From Phoronis australis (taxonomy: Eukaryota > Animalia > Phoronida), in assembly GCA_002633005.1 (NCBI GenBank), contig NMRA01000349.1:275106-339105 (forward strand): a stretch of 64,000 bases of DNA, written 5' to 3'. The position numbers and the translations under genes were made by a program. This document shows positions 13,901 to 25,900 of the stretch, one piece after another (the stretch's first letter is position 1; every line of letters starts with the position of its first letter). The notes under the pieces are model-generated. The model ran no database searches and was not told the DNA's origin. It was given only the letters and a program-made list of their open reading frames with translations.

Positions 13901-16900
13901 CATACGTGGAGTGTCGACTATAACATCCCAAACACAAAAAAACAGCAGAGTTAAGCTTTTCAAACTTTTATTACAACCAATTTTAAAACTGCTCTCTGAC
14001 TTCTGAAATTGACAGCTACATATAGTACGAGACTATAACCATAAATTTGATGTCTGACCTTTGCAACTCGTGAAGCTTGCTGCTTAAGCAGGGTCACATC
14101 TTGAAACAGTTTTAATTCTAGTGGAGGCTGCGTGGTCACTGGTCGTCTGCGCACCGCAGGATGGCACGGGGTTATTACTCAGCAATTTTGTAAATTTAAT
14201 AGTGAATGACTAATCTGAGGGCAAGAGAACCTTTGTTGGGATCATCCGCTGTTATGACGTTTTCACAGTCATTTGGCGAAGTGACGATAAAGCTCTTTGA
14301 AAAGGGCTACGCGTTCCTAGTATGAGTGTCGTGTCGGGATTTAGATCGCCAGGTAAGATTAACCGCCCAGGGCGGTTGTCTGTCCTAATAAGCGCCCATG
14401 TTCGGTTAATCGCCCATCCCCTACTTTAGGTTGATTTTCGATTTAACCGCCCACTGCTCGGTTAACTGCCCTCCCCCGAGTTTTTGGGTTCGCCAATTTA
14501 ACCGCCCAGGGCGTTAACCCGAACGATTATGGTATATTTTCTATGCAAGATTAAAACCAAGCAATACATGTTAACTCTCCAGGACCAAAAATAAATATCT
14601 CAAAACCAGAACTTTTACTTTAGCACGAATTAAAGCAATCCAATACATTGAGATTGTTTTCACACAGAAGACCAAAGAGCAAATCAAGACTAAAATTCAC
14701 CACATCAAGACTGAAAATTTATCACATCAGCTCCTATAACTTATCAAGTGAGGACCAAAAACTCTTCACTTAAGGATCAAAATAAAATACGACTGAACTA
14801 AGAATTTAATAAGTCGGGTTCAAAAACTTACCATGTCAGTAATTTTTTACGCCAGGACACCACATCACCATCCCCAAGCATTGATCCTTCAAAGTAATAA
14901 TATCCGTACTACACGTATAAACAAGGGCTAAGTGTTCAACCTCTCATATTGTCTTGGAAATGCGGTTGAATTTCGTCTAATCCACGTTTTACAATAGATG
15001 CCAATGTATAGGTACATACTGGATTGTCAGCATTGCATAATGGGTGATCACGTAGTCTCCGGGCTTGAAAACAATTCTCTCCTGGCGTGATAAGTTTTCT
15101 GACGCAAAAAATCCTGGTTGCCAATTGTTTTTGATTCAACAGATTTCAATTCCTGAATAGAAAATGCGTGTCCTGTATTTTGCTGCTTCAGCTTTCCATT
15201 CAGCCAACTAGTGCACAGCACAGTTTTTATGCGCCCACATATTTATATGTGGACGCATTATGCCGTCATCTCTGTCCGTCCGTCCGTCCGTCCGGGTGGC
15301 GTCCGTCCGGCGTCCGCTGCTCTATCTCCAAAACCCTTTGACATACGTTCATGAAATTTGGCACCTATGTTCCATTCATGAATGGGACGGCATGTGCGAA
15401 CTTTCGGACGGATCCGACTACCGGTGTGCCCCCTAGTGGCAATTTTATTTTTTTACGCTTACCTTTGTATCTTCACAAGTCCTTATTGGATTTTCATGAA
15501 ATTTGGTATGTAGGCACCTGTTAGTGAGATGACGCTATCCTCCCATTTTCAGATGGATTCGACATAGTTTGCGCCACCTAGTGGCCATTTTTAGTGTTTT
15601 CGAGTCTGTTTTTGTGCGTCCACCCCTCTATCAACCAAACCGCTCAAAGGATGATTGTGAAAATTGGCGTGTATGTGCTTACTATAAGGAAGACAGCTGA
15701 CAATGATTTTCAGATGATTTGGACTACTGTGGCGCCTCCTAGTGGTAGTTTTTTTTTTTTTTGCGCCCATGGCTGTATCTCCCAAACCGTTTGCAGGATC
15801 TTTACTAAATTTAGCAAGTGTATTTATGTGATGTTGACAACGGACGATGACGACTTTAGGATGATTCTGACTACCGGTATTCCTCTAGTGGCAATTTTAG
15901 TATTTGCCTCTAGTGGCAATTTTAGTATTTTACATTGACCTCTGTATTTTCTTCAGGTGTGTACTTTGTGTTACTTCGTGACTATGAAGGAAAAGTTCCA
16001 AGTAGAAATTTGTTTCTGGCATTCTAATGCTGTGCTAATCTCGTCTGCTGGTAAATTTGTTTTTAATTCTATGTTTCTGTGGTGCTTTAAGCAACTGGTG
16101 TATAGGATGTGCTTGTATTATGAAGATTTCTCACATTTTGCCCCTAGCCTATTGAGGAGACAAGGACCATGCCTTTCCATTTTGCAAAGTACAACATACT
16201 ACATATATGCCCTCTACTGGCCACTTTATGGTACCAATAAACAACCCTAGAAGGATACCGTATGCAGTGCAATTGTGGGCTCATTTCAACGCTCTGCGTT
16301 GCTCTTGTTTTAACATCCCGTCGTGGTTCCACTGCAAAGAATCACTTCTGGTACAACTTTCCCTAAATGACATTCGTATTTTGCACATTTCTTCGGGGTA
16401 CCAGTTTTCCAAGAGCTATATATTCATTGGACAAGTTTCTGTTTGGTATTCGGTTTTATTTTCTTTCTCAGGTAGTCCTTGAGCTCATGCTCTGAAAGTT
16501 TTGAAAACGCAACTCTTCCTTTACGCAGATACGTTTTCTGCCATGGGCAACAACTCGCTGAATTCATCAACCAAACATTTATTTTTGAAAATGCTTTCAA
16601 AAGTGGACTTTTTTAAAACACGGTGTTGACCATATTCGTCAGTGTATGGAAGCGAAATGAACAAATTTGTGCACACTGCTCAAAGCACTTTTTGAACATA
16701 CCGAAACGCCAACGTCTCTGTCTTACAACACTGCGTGTGCTTGGCATTTCTGGTAAAGCGCTCTCATGCTGGACATTTTTTAAGATTGAGCACCGTTTCA
16801 AAAAATTGTATTTCTTCTTACAGCTGAGTATAGAAGAAATATTCTGCGATTTTAGGACCGAAATGGAACCAAATCTCGAGTGGTGACTCATTAGAATGTG

Positions 16901-19900
16901 CAAAACTCGGGCGGGGGGTGGGGGTGGCGATACAAGCATGATTTTTTTTGTTTTTGCGCCAAACATGTAGTTGCCACTTGTCATTCAGCGTCACTTACTG
17001 TTGTGTACTTAGTCACACAATAACAGGATGTTTGTAGGTTGTTATTGTTTATGAGTTCAGTAGTTTATTTGGTATTATGTCATGCGATTCCTGGTATAGG
17101 AAGTGTGTCATAGGTAACGCATCATATGTTGTTATGTAGTTGTGTGTATATATATTGTTGTGATATGTAGAATAAATCAGTTCAGGGTTCAGTTCAATTC
17201 TGTTCGTTTCACTGCGTAGTTCATGGAGTGTCTACTTTATTTGACAAAGTAAGATACACAACACTTACTACCTAAGGTGGCCAGATCATACGCTATAAAT
17301 ATCACTAGACACTTTGCTTCTCAAAAGTGCACCTTGATGTATTTCCTATCAATTTCCGACCGGTCGGACAAAAATTTGTGATATGTGCTGTATGGATGAT
17401 TTTGAAAATTGGCATTCTCAGTGTGAAAAGGACGGTCGATGATGACGACTTCAACCACTGTGGCGCCTCCTAATGGTTGTTTTGTTTTGTTTTGCGCCCA
17501 TAGCTGTATCTCCTAAACCCACAGCAGGATCTTTATTAAAGATAGTAAGATTGAAGTGAACAACAGGGAACGCTGTGCCCACTCGTGGCAATTTCATTCT
17601 ATTCCATTTTTTGTTTTGCTAAAGTTCCTTGATATTTTTTATGAAATTTTGTAAATAGCTTTCTATTAAAGAAGCGATGATATGTTCCCCTTTTCGGATG
17701 GATTGGATGTTTTTGCACCATCTAGTGGCCATTTTATGATACAAATAAACATCCCTAGAAAAACCCTGTTTGCTGTGCATTTGTGGGTGCATTTCAACGC
17801 TCCTCGTTGCTGTTGTTTCATTTTGTTGTAGAGTGGAACTAGTCTAAGCTAAAACGAAAAAAAATTTTGATAAGACGAAAATCTTGATTTTGAGTCTGAA
17901 TTGTGAAGTTTGAAATCGGCTTAGACCCCATGTCATTTCTGCGTGCGCACCGCAGGTAAATAAAAGAGAGCCCTCCTGGTCGGCTACAATTTGCGCCATT
18001 GTAAAACCACGATGTTGAAAAACTTTCTTTGCAGTAAAGTTGTCTTAAATGGGCGCTTTTTTACAGAATAGGTGATTTATCAAGTTCTTGAATATTATAT
18101 TCAGTCAAAATTGGCGCCAGTTTTGAATCAATGCTGATGAGGCCTGGCTTTTTCTTGTTTCGTGATGAACAACAATGAGTTGATTGCTTTTCTTTACAAA
18201 ACTGGCAGATCACATTCACGCTATTCCGCAAATAACACCACTGTTCATGTAGAGGCACAAATTATTCTTATTTATATATTTTCTAATTGCTCCCAGATAT
18301 TTATTATGCTCAGGCCTGCACATCTCAAAGATCAATCATCCACTCCTGTTACCTCTATCAGTCCCTGTAGGCTTTGCGCGGACTAATTTCCGGACATGCG
18401 CAATCGTTAAACCGATTCAGCTGCAAGTCCGCTATTTAATAGGCCTACGTACAGCAAGCTTGGCATTTTTCGATACTATGTGCAGCTTCCATTCTTTGGA
18501 AATATTGATCTTTGTATTTTTTTCAATATTAATTAAGCTCATTGTCTGAACACTTATTGATCTATTTAGAATTCTGTTCTTGAAAGTGTGATTGTCTCTT
18601 GACTGTTTTAGTGTTTTTGTCAATATTAATTATTAGCACATATCTGAACATTAATTGATTTCGTTGGAATTCTGTTATTGAAAGGGTTATTGTCTCTTGA
18701 CTATTGTCAGTATTAAGGACATCTGAACACTAATTGATCTCTTTAGAATTCTGTTCTTGAAAGGGTGATTGTCTCTTGACTATTTTAGTATTTTTGTCAA
18801 TATTAAGCACATATCTGAACACTTATTGATTTCACCAGAATTTTGTTGATGAAAGAGTGATCGTGACAGCAGACCACGATTGAAGCCGAACTCGGAGTAT
18901 GCGAGGCATTTTCTATGTATTGGCAAGTCCAGATTAGTATGTCATAAATTCAATGATCTTTGTTTGAATTCTTTTGCACTCAAAATTAAATATATTTTGA
19001 AATATATTTTGAAATATATTTTGAAGTGTTTTCTCTGCACACTGCATGGTTCCCGCGAACTTATTCTCTGCTCACTGCATGGTTACCGCGAACTTACAAG
19101 TTCATTGGAAACTACATGGTATTAAGTACGACCGTCGATCGAGACACATAAAAATTTAAGGGCTGACTCCATTTGTTCTTTATCTTTGGTTCATGTCGCA
19201 ACTATCCTTCTAAAATCTGGGCCGCCTAGCTTTTAGTCTGAAAGCTAGTGGCCCAGTTGGCAACTAGTCAGTTTGGAGTTCCAAGGTAAAGTTTAAATGG
19301 AGGGTTTGTAGACACCTTGAGAAGACACAAACAGCTAACTTCAGTTTACTCTTTGATGAGTTCCAAGGTTAGGTTACTTTGTTCATGGAGGGTTTGTGGA
19401 GCACCATATGAAGGCACTAACAGCTGCTGTAGCTTCAGTTTACTGTTTGATGAATCTCAAGATAAGTTCTGTGGGCGCCTCGAATGTTCATTTAGGAAAT
19501 ACAGATCTGATCGTTATGTCTTCCAGTAAATCAGTTTTGACCAGCTCAGTCTTTCCTGGTTGTGCTTCTCTGGTAATTTTGTTCTCTTTGTATAGGTCTA
19601 GCCCTGCTGGAAGCCTTGGAGATGTTAAGTGGTCAGAGTGAGTCCAAGGTGATCAGCCTACTGGACAGTCTGCCATCTGATGTGGCTAACGAGGGTCAGG
19701 AGTTGATGGATGACATGGAGCACAGGTTCAACGTGGATGATGTCGACGATGTGGAAGGTGACTAACTTTGACATGTAGCAATTGCGCGATTTACCATACT
19801 CATCCAGAGTTCTGTTTCAGGAGAAGTGACTCAAGTCGGAATTTTGGCCTTACGCCTCTACTTCATAATTGACCTATCTCAAGCTCTGTCCCTTGCGAAA

Positions 19901-22900
19901 AGTTTTACCTGGCAACATGTTGTTTGTCGGGTAAAATGGCGGCTTGAAGGTTGGTCAAGAATACTGCGTTCTGATTGGTCAGTTAAACCGTTACTCAAAA
20001 TCATGGCGATAGGTCAATTGCTGAAAAAAGGTTGTAAAGTAATTATGAGTGTAATTGGGTATGATACGCTACATAAAACACTTTTATTGTACTGACTTCT
20101 GTCCCTGTTTAAATTCAGGGTAGACTGTAGCACCATCTGAAGTAGGCCAGCACGCCTGGCATAGACAAGGATCATCCCGTAGGGTTGCCATGTTGGAATC
20201 TTTTTTGGCAAATTATGTCTCACTTACTAAACCGTCAATTCTCATCGCTGTAAGTACCTTTTGAGCATAAAGGGACACCTTAGGAGGCCATTGATGTCTT
20301 TAATTCCTTCTGACTTGTACAAATACTTCAATTTGCAATTAAGATTTTTTTCTGAATATATATCTATTCATTTGTCAATGATGCCATTTTGTCCAGGTAC
20401 AAGGGGTACAATCCTGGCGTCCAAGTTTCACGCACTTTCTAGCAAACTCTGGTGGACCACCAGTATAGTGCATTATTGATTGGCTTATTGTGGAGTTCAT
20501 GGATGTCGGCCGTGATTTAATTGAAAATTTTACATGCAATTGAAAGAAAAATGGCTCTGTTCCCGATTTCGGTAACTGAAAGAAAAACCATTCAGAAAGA
20601 AATGTTGATTGAGGAAGTATTTGCTCGAGTTCGAAAGACTACTATAGACTTCAATGCCCTCCAAATGTGTTCATCTACACTTAACTGGTACATATAGTAA
20701 TTTAACTTCGATAATTTAACCAAGGTTTAGCATAAGTTGCAGAAAATCTTCCAGCATACAGGCTACATTTGGGTGTGCCATTGCCTAGATTCAGGGTTGA
20801 TTTGTCCACTACCTCTTGAGGTGGAAACTACCGTAGTAAGCCTTGTGCTTTGACCTCCTGTGGGTCAACTCACTCAGCTCCTCCCATTGATCTTGGCATT
20901 GATTATTTATATGTCTGAGTAAGATACATTTATTTAGGACAAAAACCTTTTCAGTAGAACTGTTCTCCCATAAGGTTCTGATAAGAAAGAAGTATTTGAA
21001 ACTCATTAAAATAGTATTACACAAGAATTAAAATCAGAATATCAAGCAATAAAAAGATTAACAACAAACCTGAAACAAGAGAATGAACACACATTACAAT
21101 TAAGGTACCTGTGCTGTGCATCAAAATCAAGATGGCCACACGCACGCACACACACATTCACCCACACACACCCAAACCCCCCCCACACACANNCCCCCCC
21201 CCCCCCCAAACACACATATAATATATTCTATACCTCGTCCTCCTGCCCTTGTTACAATCAAACCATCAAATACAATAGCGGTAAGTGTCAAATACTAACA
21301 GTAATACAAGCTCTTAATATTCACATGAATGTGAACAAAACATATTTACATGTTGACTATGTAAGATCTTTTTCCTTCATAATGAAGTATAGGCAGACTA
21401 TCTTACAATCAAATAATTTCAAACTAACTTTAATGGGGAGTGCATTAAAACCATTGACATTTTTCCTCATGGAATTCACTGCCTTAGCAGCCTGTAGATA
21501 AAGTTTTCTGTGTGCAAGACCACATCATGGTTATCTAAAAAGAAGTGACGATGGGTTGCACGGAAGAAAAACTTGATTTGAATTAATGCATAAGATAGTT
21601 ATTCCAGTACTATTATGTAGCCAAAACAAAAACCTAATTTTAGTGTGCACATATGGTTATTTCGGAACTCCTGTGCAGCCTTGCAGTTTTTCTGTGAACG
21701 CTTAGATCCATAGAATGTTCAACAAAGTTATACAAGGTTCACAAAGTCATGCTGTCTTATCAGAGGGCACATCCGACATCAGATCTGCTGTCTGAAAATA
21801 GTCCACTTCACACGTGAGCTCCGTCAGACATCTGTCATCTTATTGGACTCCATATCAGACTCCATGTCAGACGTTGCATTTGCCATCTTACTGGCTGCAT
21901 TCAAAGGAGTCACGTAACTTGCATTTAAGCTCTGTTCGATTGCTATGACTGGCAGATCATGCATTGATTTCATGCTGACAATGCAAAACTCATAAGATGG
22001 CTGATGGAACACCATTGTAAACACTAGTTTTAAACTGCTGTCCTATCTGCCTTCTTGTACAAATTCCATATCTGACCAGTGTTATTGTGGCCTGCTGTTA
22101 CGTGAAAGTTCTCTTATTTGGGACAGTCTCTAAAATTTGGAACACAGAAACTTGGTCAAAAATTTAATTAAATTAGGACAAGGGCAATTTTGGCGTTACT
22201 AATAGTTCTCAAATTTCTGACAATGTCTCTTCAGTCTACAGAGTTTACAATTTTGTCATCTTTTAAGTAATTCTTGAATTTGGGACTGCCAGTATTACCT
22301 ATTTCTAGAATTGGGGACTGGCTTCAACCTTGCGCAAAATAATCGATTTTTCACTCTCAAATTGGAGAATTTTTAGTAGTTACCATGTGTGGCCAAAGCG
22401 ACTCTCTGCATTCACGCCCACATTCGGTGCAAGCTTAACCATCATTCCATAACTCTGCATCTTCATCATCATTGTCATTGCCACAATTAAGTTGATATGT
22501 TTGCTTGCCATATGTGCGCATATGGCGGGTTAGTGCAGTTCTATTACTACACACACGCCCACACAGGTGACACACTGTGTCATTATTATTCTTATCGGAC
22601 ATGTGGTCGTCATATTCATGTGTACGGTATGTGCGCAGCTGTACACAATCGGAAACCGCCTTGTGCATCATTGCAAAAGTTTGTGTCTTACCGCCATTGC
22701 TCCCACCATCATTGGTTTGGTACAGATGGTGAGGCCAAGCCAGCTTCACTACTGTACATACCCCCATACCTGGCACTTTCTGCATCATCCCAGGACTGTT
22801 CACCACTGAGCTTCTTATAGTCATCACTATATTGGTGCAAACGGTAGCTATGTGTAATGGTATGTGAGGTTAAACTATCTCCGCTGCTATACACAGATTC

Positions 22901-25900
22901 ATACCTGGCGCTTTTTGCGTCATACGAGGACTGTTCTCCATTGAGTTTCTTATAATCATTACAAATGGTAGTCCTGTTGGCGTGCATGTGAGGTTAAACT
23001 TTCTCCGCTGCTGTACACAAGCTCATACATGGCACTTTCTGCATCATCCCAGAACTCTTTTTCATGGAGTTCTTTATAACCCCACTGAATTGGTACAAAT
23101 TATAGTAGTCCTGTTGGCGTGCATGTGAGGTTAAACTATCTCCGCTGCTGTACACAGGCTAAAACCAGGCACTTTCTGCGTCATCCAAGACTGTTCTCCA
23201 TTGAGTTTCTTATAATCATCATTGGATTAATACACAAGTGGTAGTCGTGTGTGCGTGCATGTGTCATTAAACCTTATTCACTGCTCTTATTCAATGGCTG
23301 CTTGATTGTTGACCCCTCGTGGTTCACCTTCTTCTGGAAATTGGGTGTCGTCCTGTGATCCATGCTTGTCAAGGAGAGGCATTAATTTGCCTATTTGTGT
23401 CGTCAATTGGTCTATTTGACTGCACAGTTTGTCTGTTTTTGTGCCCAGTGGGTCTTTACTTGTTTGTGTGCTCAGCTTGTCTATTTGTGTGCTCACTTGG
23501 TTTACAAGACTGCTCAGCTGGTCTATTGGTCTGCTCGAAATATCGAGGACAGCTAATAGTGGTTTGTGGTCCAAAATGTTCTCATCTCCTTCCCCAAATT
23601 GGATGTTGCAGATGTGATATTGTGGCCCATTATATAATAAATAATCGATCTTCTTTTCTCCGGCTTCATACAAATGGAATTGTGGGTATTTTGCTAGGAC
23701 ACTTTGTGCTTTGTCGCTTTCATAGTTGAAGTCGCCTCCAACAAGTACTTTAAATCCATTCTGTTTGCTCATATAGTCCAGCAGGAACAGAAGCTCATTT
23801 AATATGGATTCCTTGACATCTTTTGCTTTGTAACGGCCATGGTAAGTGGCCACAAGAATATAGGTATCCGACATGCCCTTTATCCAAAACTTTCTGATGA
23901 ATAGCCTTGTTGCAAATTCACTGTCCTCTGATATATGTTTAAGTATGCAAAGCCTCTCATGCATGTTAATGAAGTCGTGTTCTTCAATCAGCACATTATT
24001 TAAGTTGTACACAAAACTTGTGTATCCTCCAGCACGGTCTTTTCTCCCCTCCCATACTTCGTAACAAGCAGGTTTTAGGGAATCTGCATGTGTGTTAAGG
24101 TAGCTTAGTAACATTTTTGCACTGCTTAACTCTTGCAGAAACACCAGGTCTGGCTGTTTGTCCTTCAGCAACCCGTGTATGTATTCATATACTTTGTCTG
24201 TGGTTACACCTTTTTTACGGCCTGCATTCAAGCTTATGAAATCAATTGCCATGATTGTTTGATGTCTGCTTTTACGTCAGATAGGGTGGTTGATGGATAG
24301 TTTTTTTACTGTTTGCTGTCTGAAATGTGTCACGAAAGAATATGTTATGCAAGAGTATAGAAGAAAATTTGAAAGCTAGAAAATGGATGTGGTTTGAATC
24401 ATTTGTATTTTTTGGAGTTCTGTAGTTTTTTCTTGTTACAGCATAACAGTGTTTAAAACTACAGGACGACAAAAACGTATTAAACAGTCTTTAACTTAAC
24501 TGTAAAACGCCTTTCATTTTTGGCTTTTCATACTGAACGTAAACTACTCAAAAAAGTAAATGGATGTTGTTGTTCACTACTAATTACCTGGAAATTGAGA
24601 AGTTCAACATGGATGTAGTCCATACAATATAGGTGTTTGCCAGGAAATTTTCCAGACATTTTGAAATGTGTCTGAGGAATTTTTGTCTGATGTTGAAAGA
24701 ACAAGTTTTTATGAAAATTCACTAGTCAGAAAACGAAAGTCACAAAATTTAAGAGATTTAACCAGTGCAGGTTCCTGGTTTCTTGGAACTATTGGTGGTC
24801 TATTAGTTGCTTGTGCCTAAACTATACTCACTTGTTGTTTCCTAAGGTTCACACAATGCCAGTCACCCTCACATATGCAGTTCTAGTCACGATTCTAAAC
24901 TTTGTCAGCTGAAAATGTAAGGTAGTGTTAACACAGTTGTGCCCTTCCTCAGCACTAGGAACCAATTTAACACGTCACAGATAGTTCATGTGCCAGAAAA
25001 AAGGAAAAAATAAATTAATTTATCATCAAAACTTTAGAAACATTTAGAAAATATATTTCGTGGAACATAAAAAAGTTTCAAGCCAGCAATTTCTGATGTT
25101 AAAAATGGAAGTATTTCCATATAGCCGAGCCTTTTGTCTTGCTCCGCCATTTTGGATTCAAGGAAGAGCAACTACAAGATTTCTTGTCCTAATTTCATCA
25201 GCATGAACACAATACCAAACAAACAGTGATAATATCTAATTAAAATGTGTTTTCAACAACATGGCATGCACGAACGCTTAAAATTTAATCTTGTACACCA
25301 AAGCTACTTGTTTTCTCTCACCTCGTCTCTCACCTTTCGTCTCAAAACACCAAGCGTACAAGTCCCGGATGTAACGCTAAGACGTGTGGGATTGCTCACC
25401 AGCCAAATGGCAGCAATGACCGAAACCAATTATGGGATTAGTGAATAGAACAAGTGTTTGAAAATTGCAGGTTTCTATATTCCTTCTCGTATTGGTTCCT
25501 AGCTCAGCATTACATTTCCTGGACTGTTAAAACCAAGAAATTTCCAATATGTCATATGATCTGATCTAAAATAACATTCCATAAACTTGACAAACAAGCC
25601 TATTGTGTTGGTGCACAATGCTCTGTTAGTATTGAAGTATGTCAGACTTTATGTATCTAGTCTCCTGGAGCTCCAATAAACTTTATTGTCAAGCAAGCTT
25701 TTTGTGTTGGTACACAATACTGTGGTTAAGCATGCTATGCTAGTCAAAAGAGCTTACAGTCACACAAAGGAATTAGTAGATGAAAGTTAAGTCTAATTTC
25801 TCTGAAAATCAACTGTTTTTCTCCAGTCCACATTTTTTGGTGACAGTATTTTATACAAAGCACATCTGCTTCATGGCATTTGTTGAAAGCCGTTTACAGA

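Larger units (their letters stand above)
9650..17390. mobile_element. 7.7-kb TIR element with TA TSD (Tc1/mariner-like ends), no transposase seen, hosting nested insertions
   Basis: TIRs CAGCACAYATCACRAATTTWTGTCCGACCGGTCGGAMATTG at both ends; TA at 9648-9649 and 17391-17392; the flanks rejoin into one HINE monomer. Confidence 0.8.

Noticed and set aside
21138-21216. His/Pro-rich ORF 21116..21298
   Set aside because: It is a (CA)n and poly-C microsatellite containing an N.
23319-24064. Plus-strand ORFs over EEP copy A (and 28990-29718 over copy B)
   Set aside because: They are antisense shadows of the EEP coding and heptad sequence.
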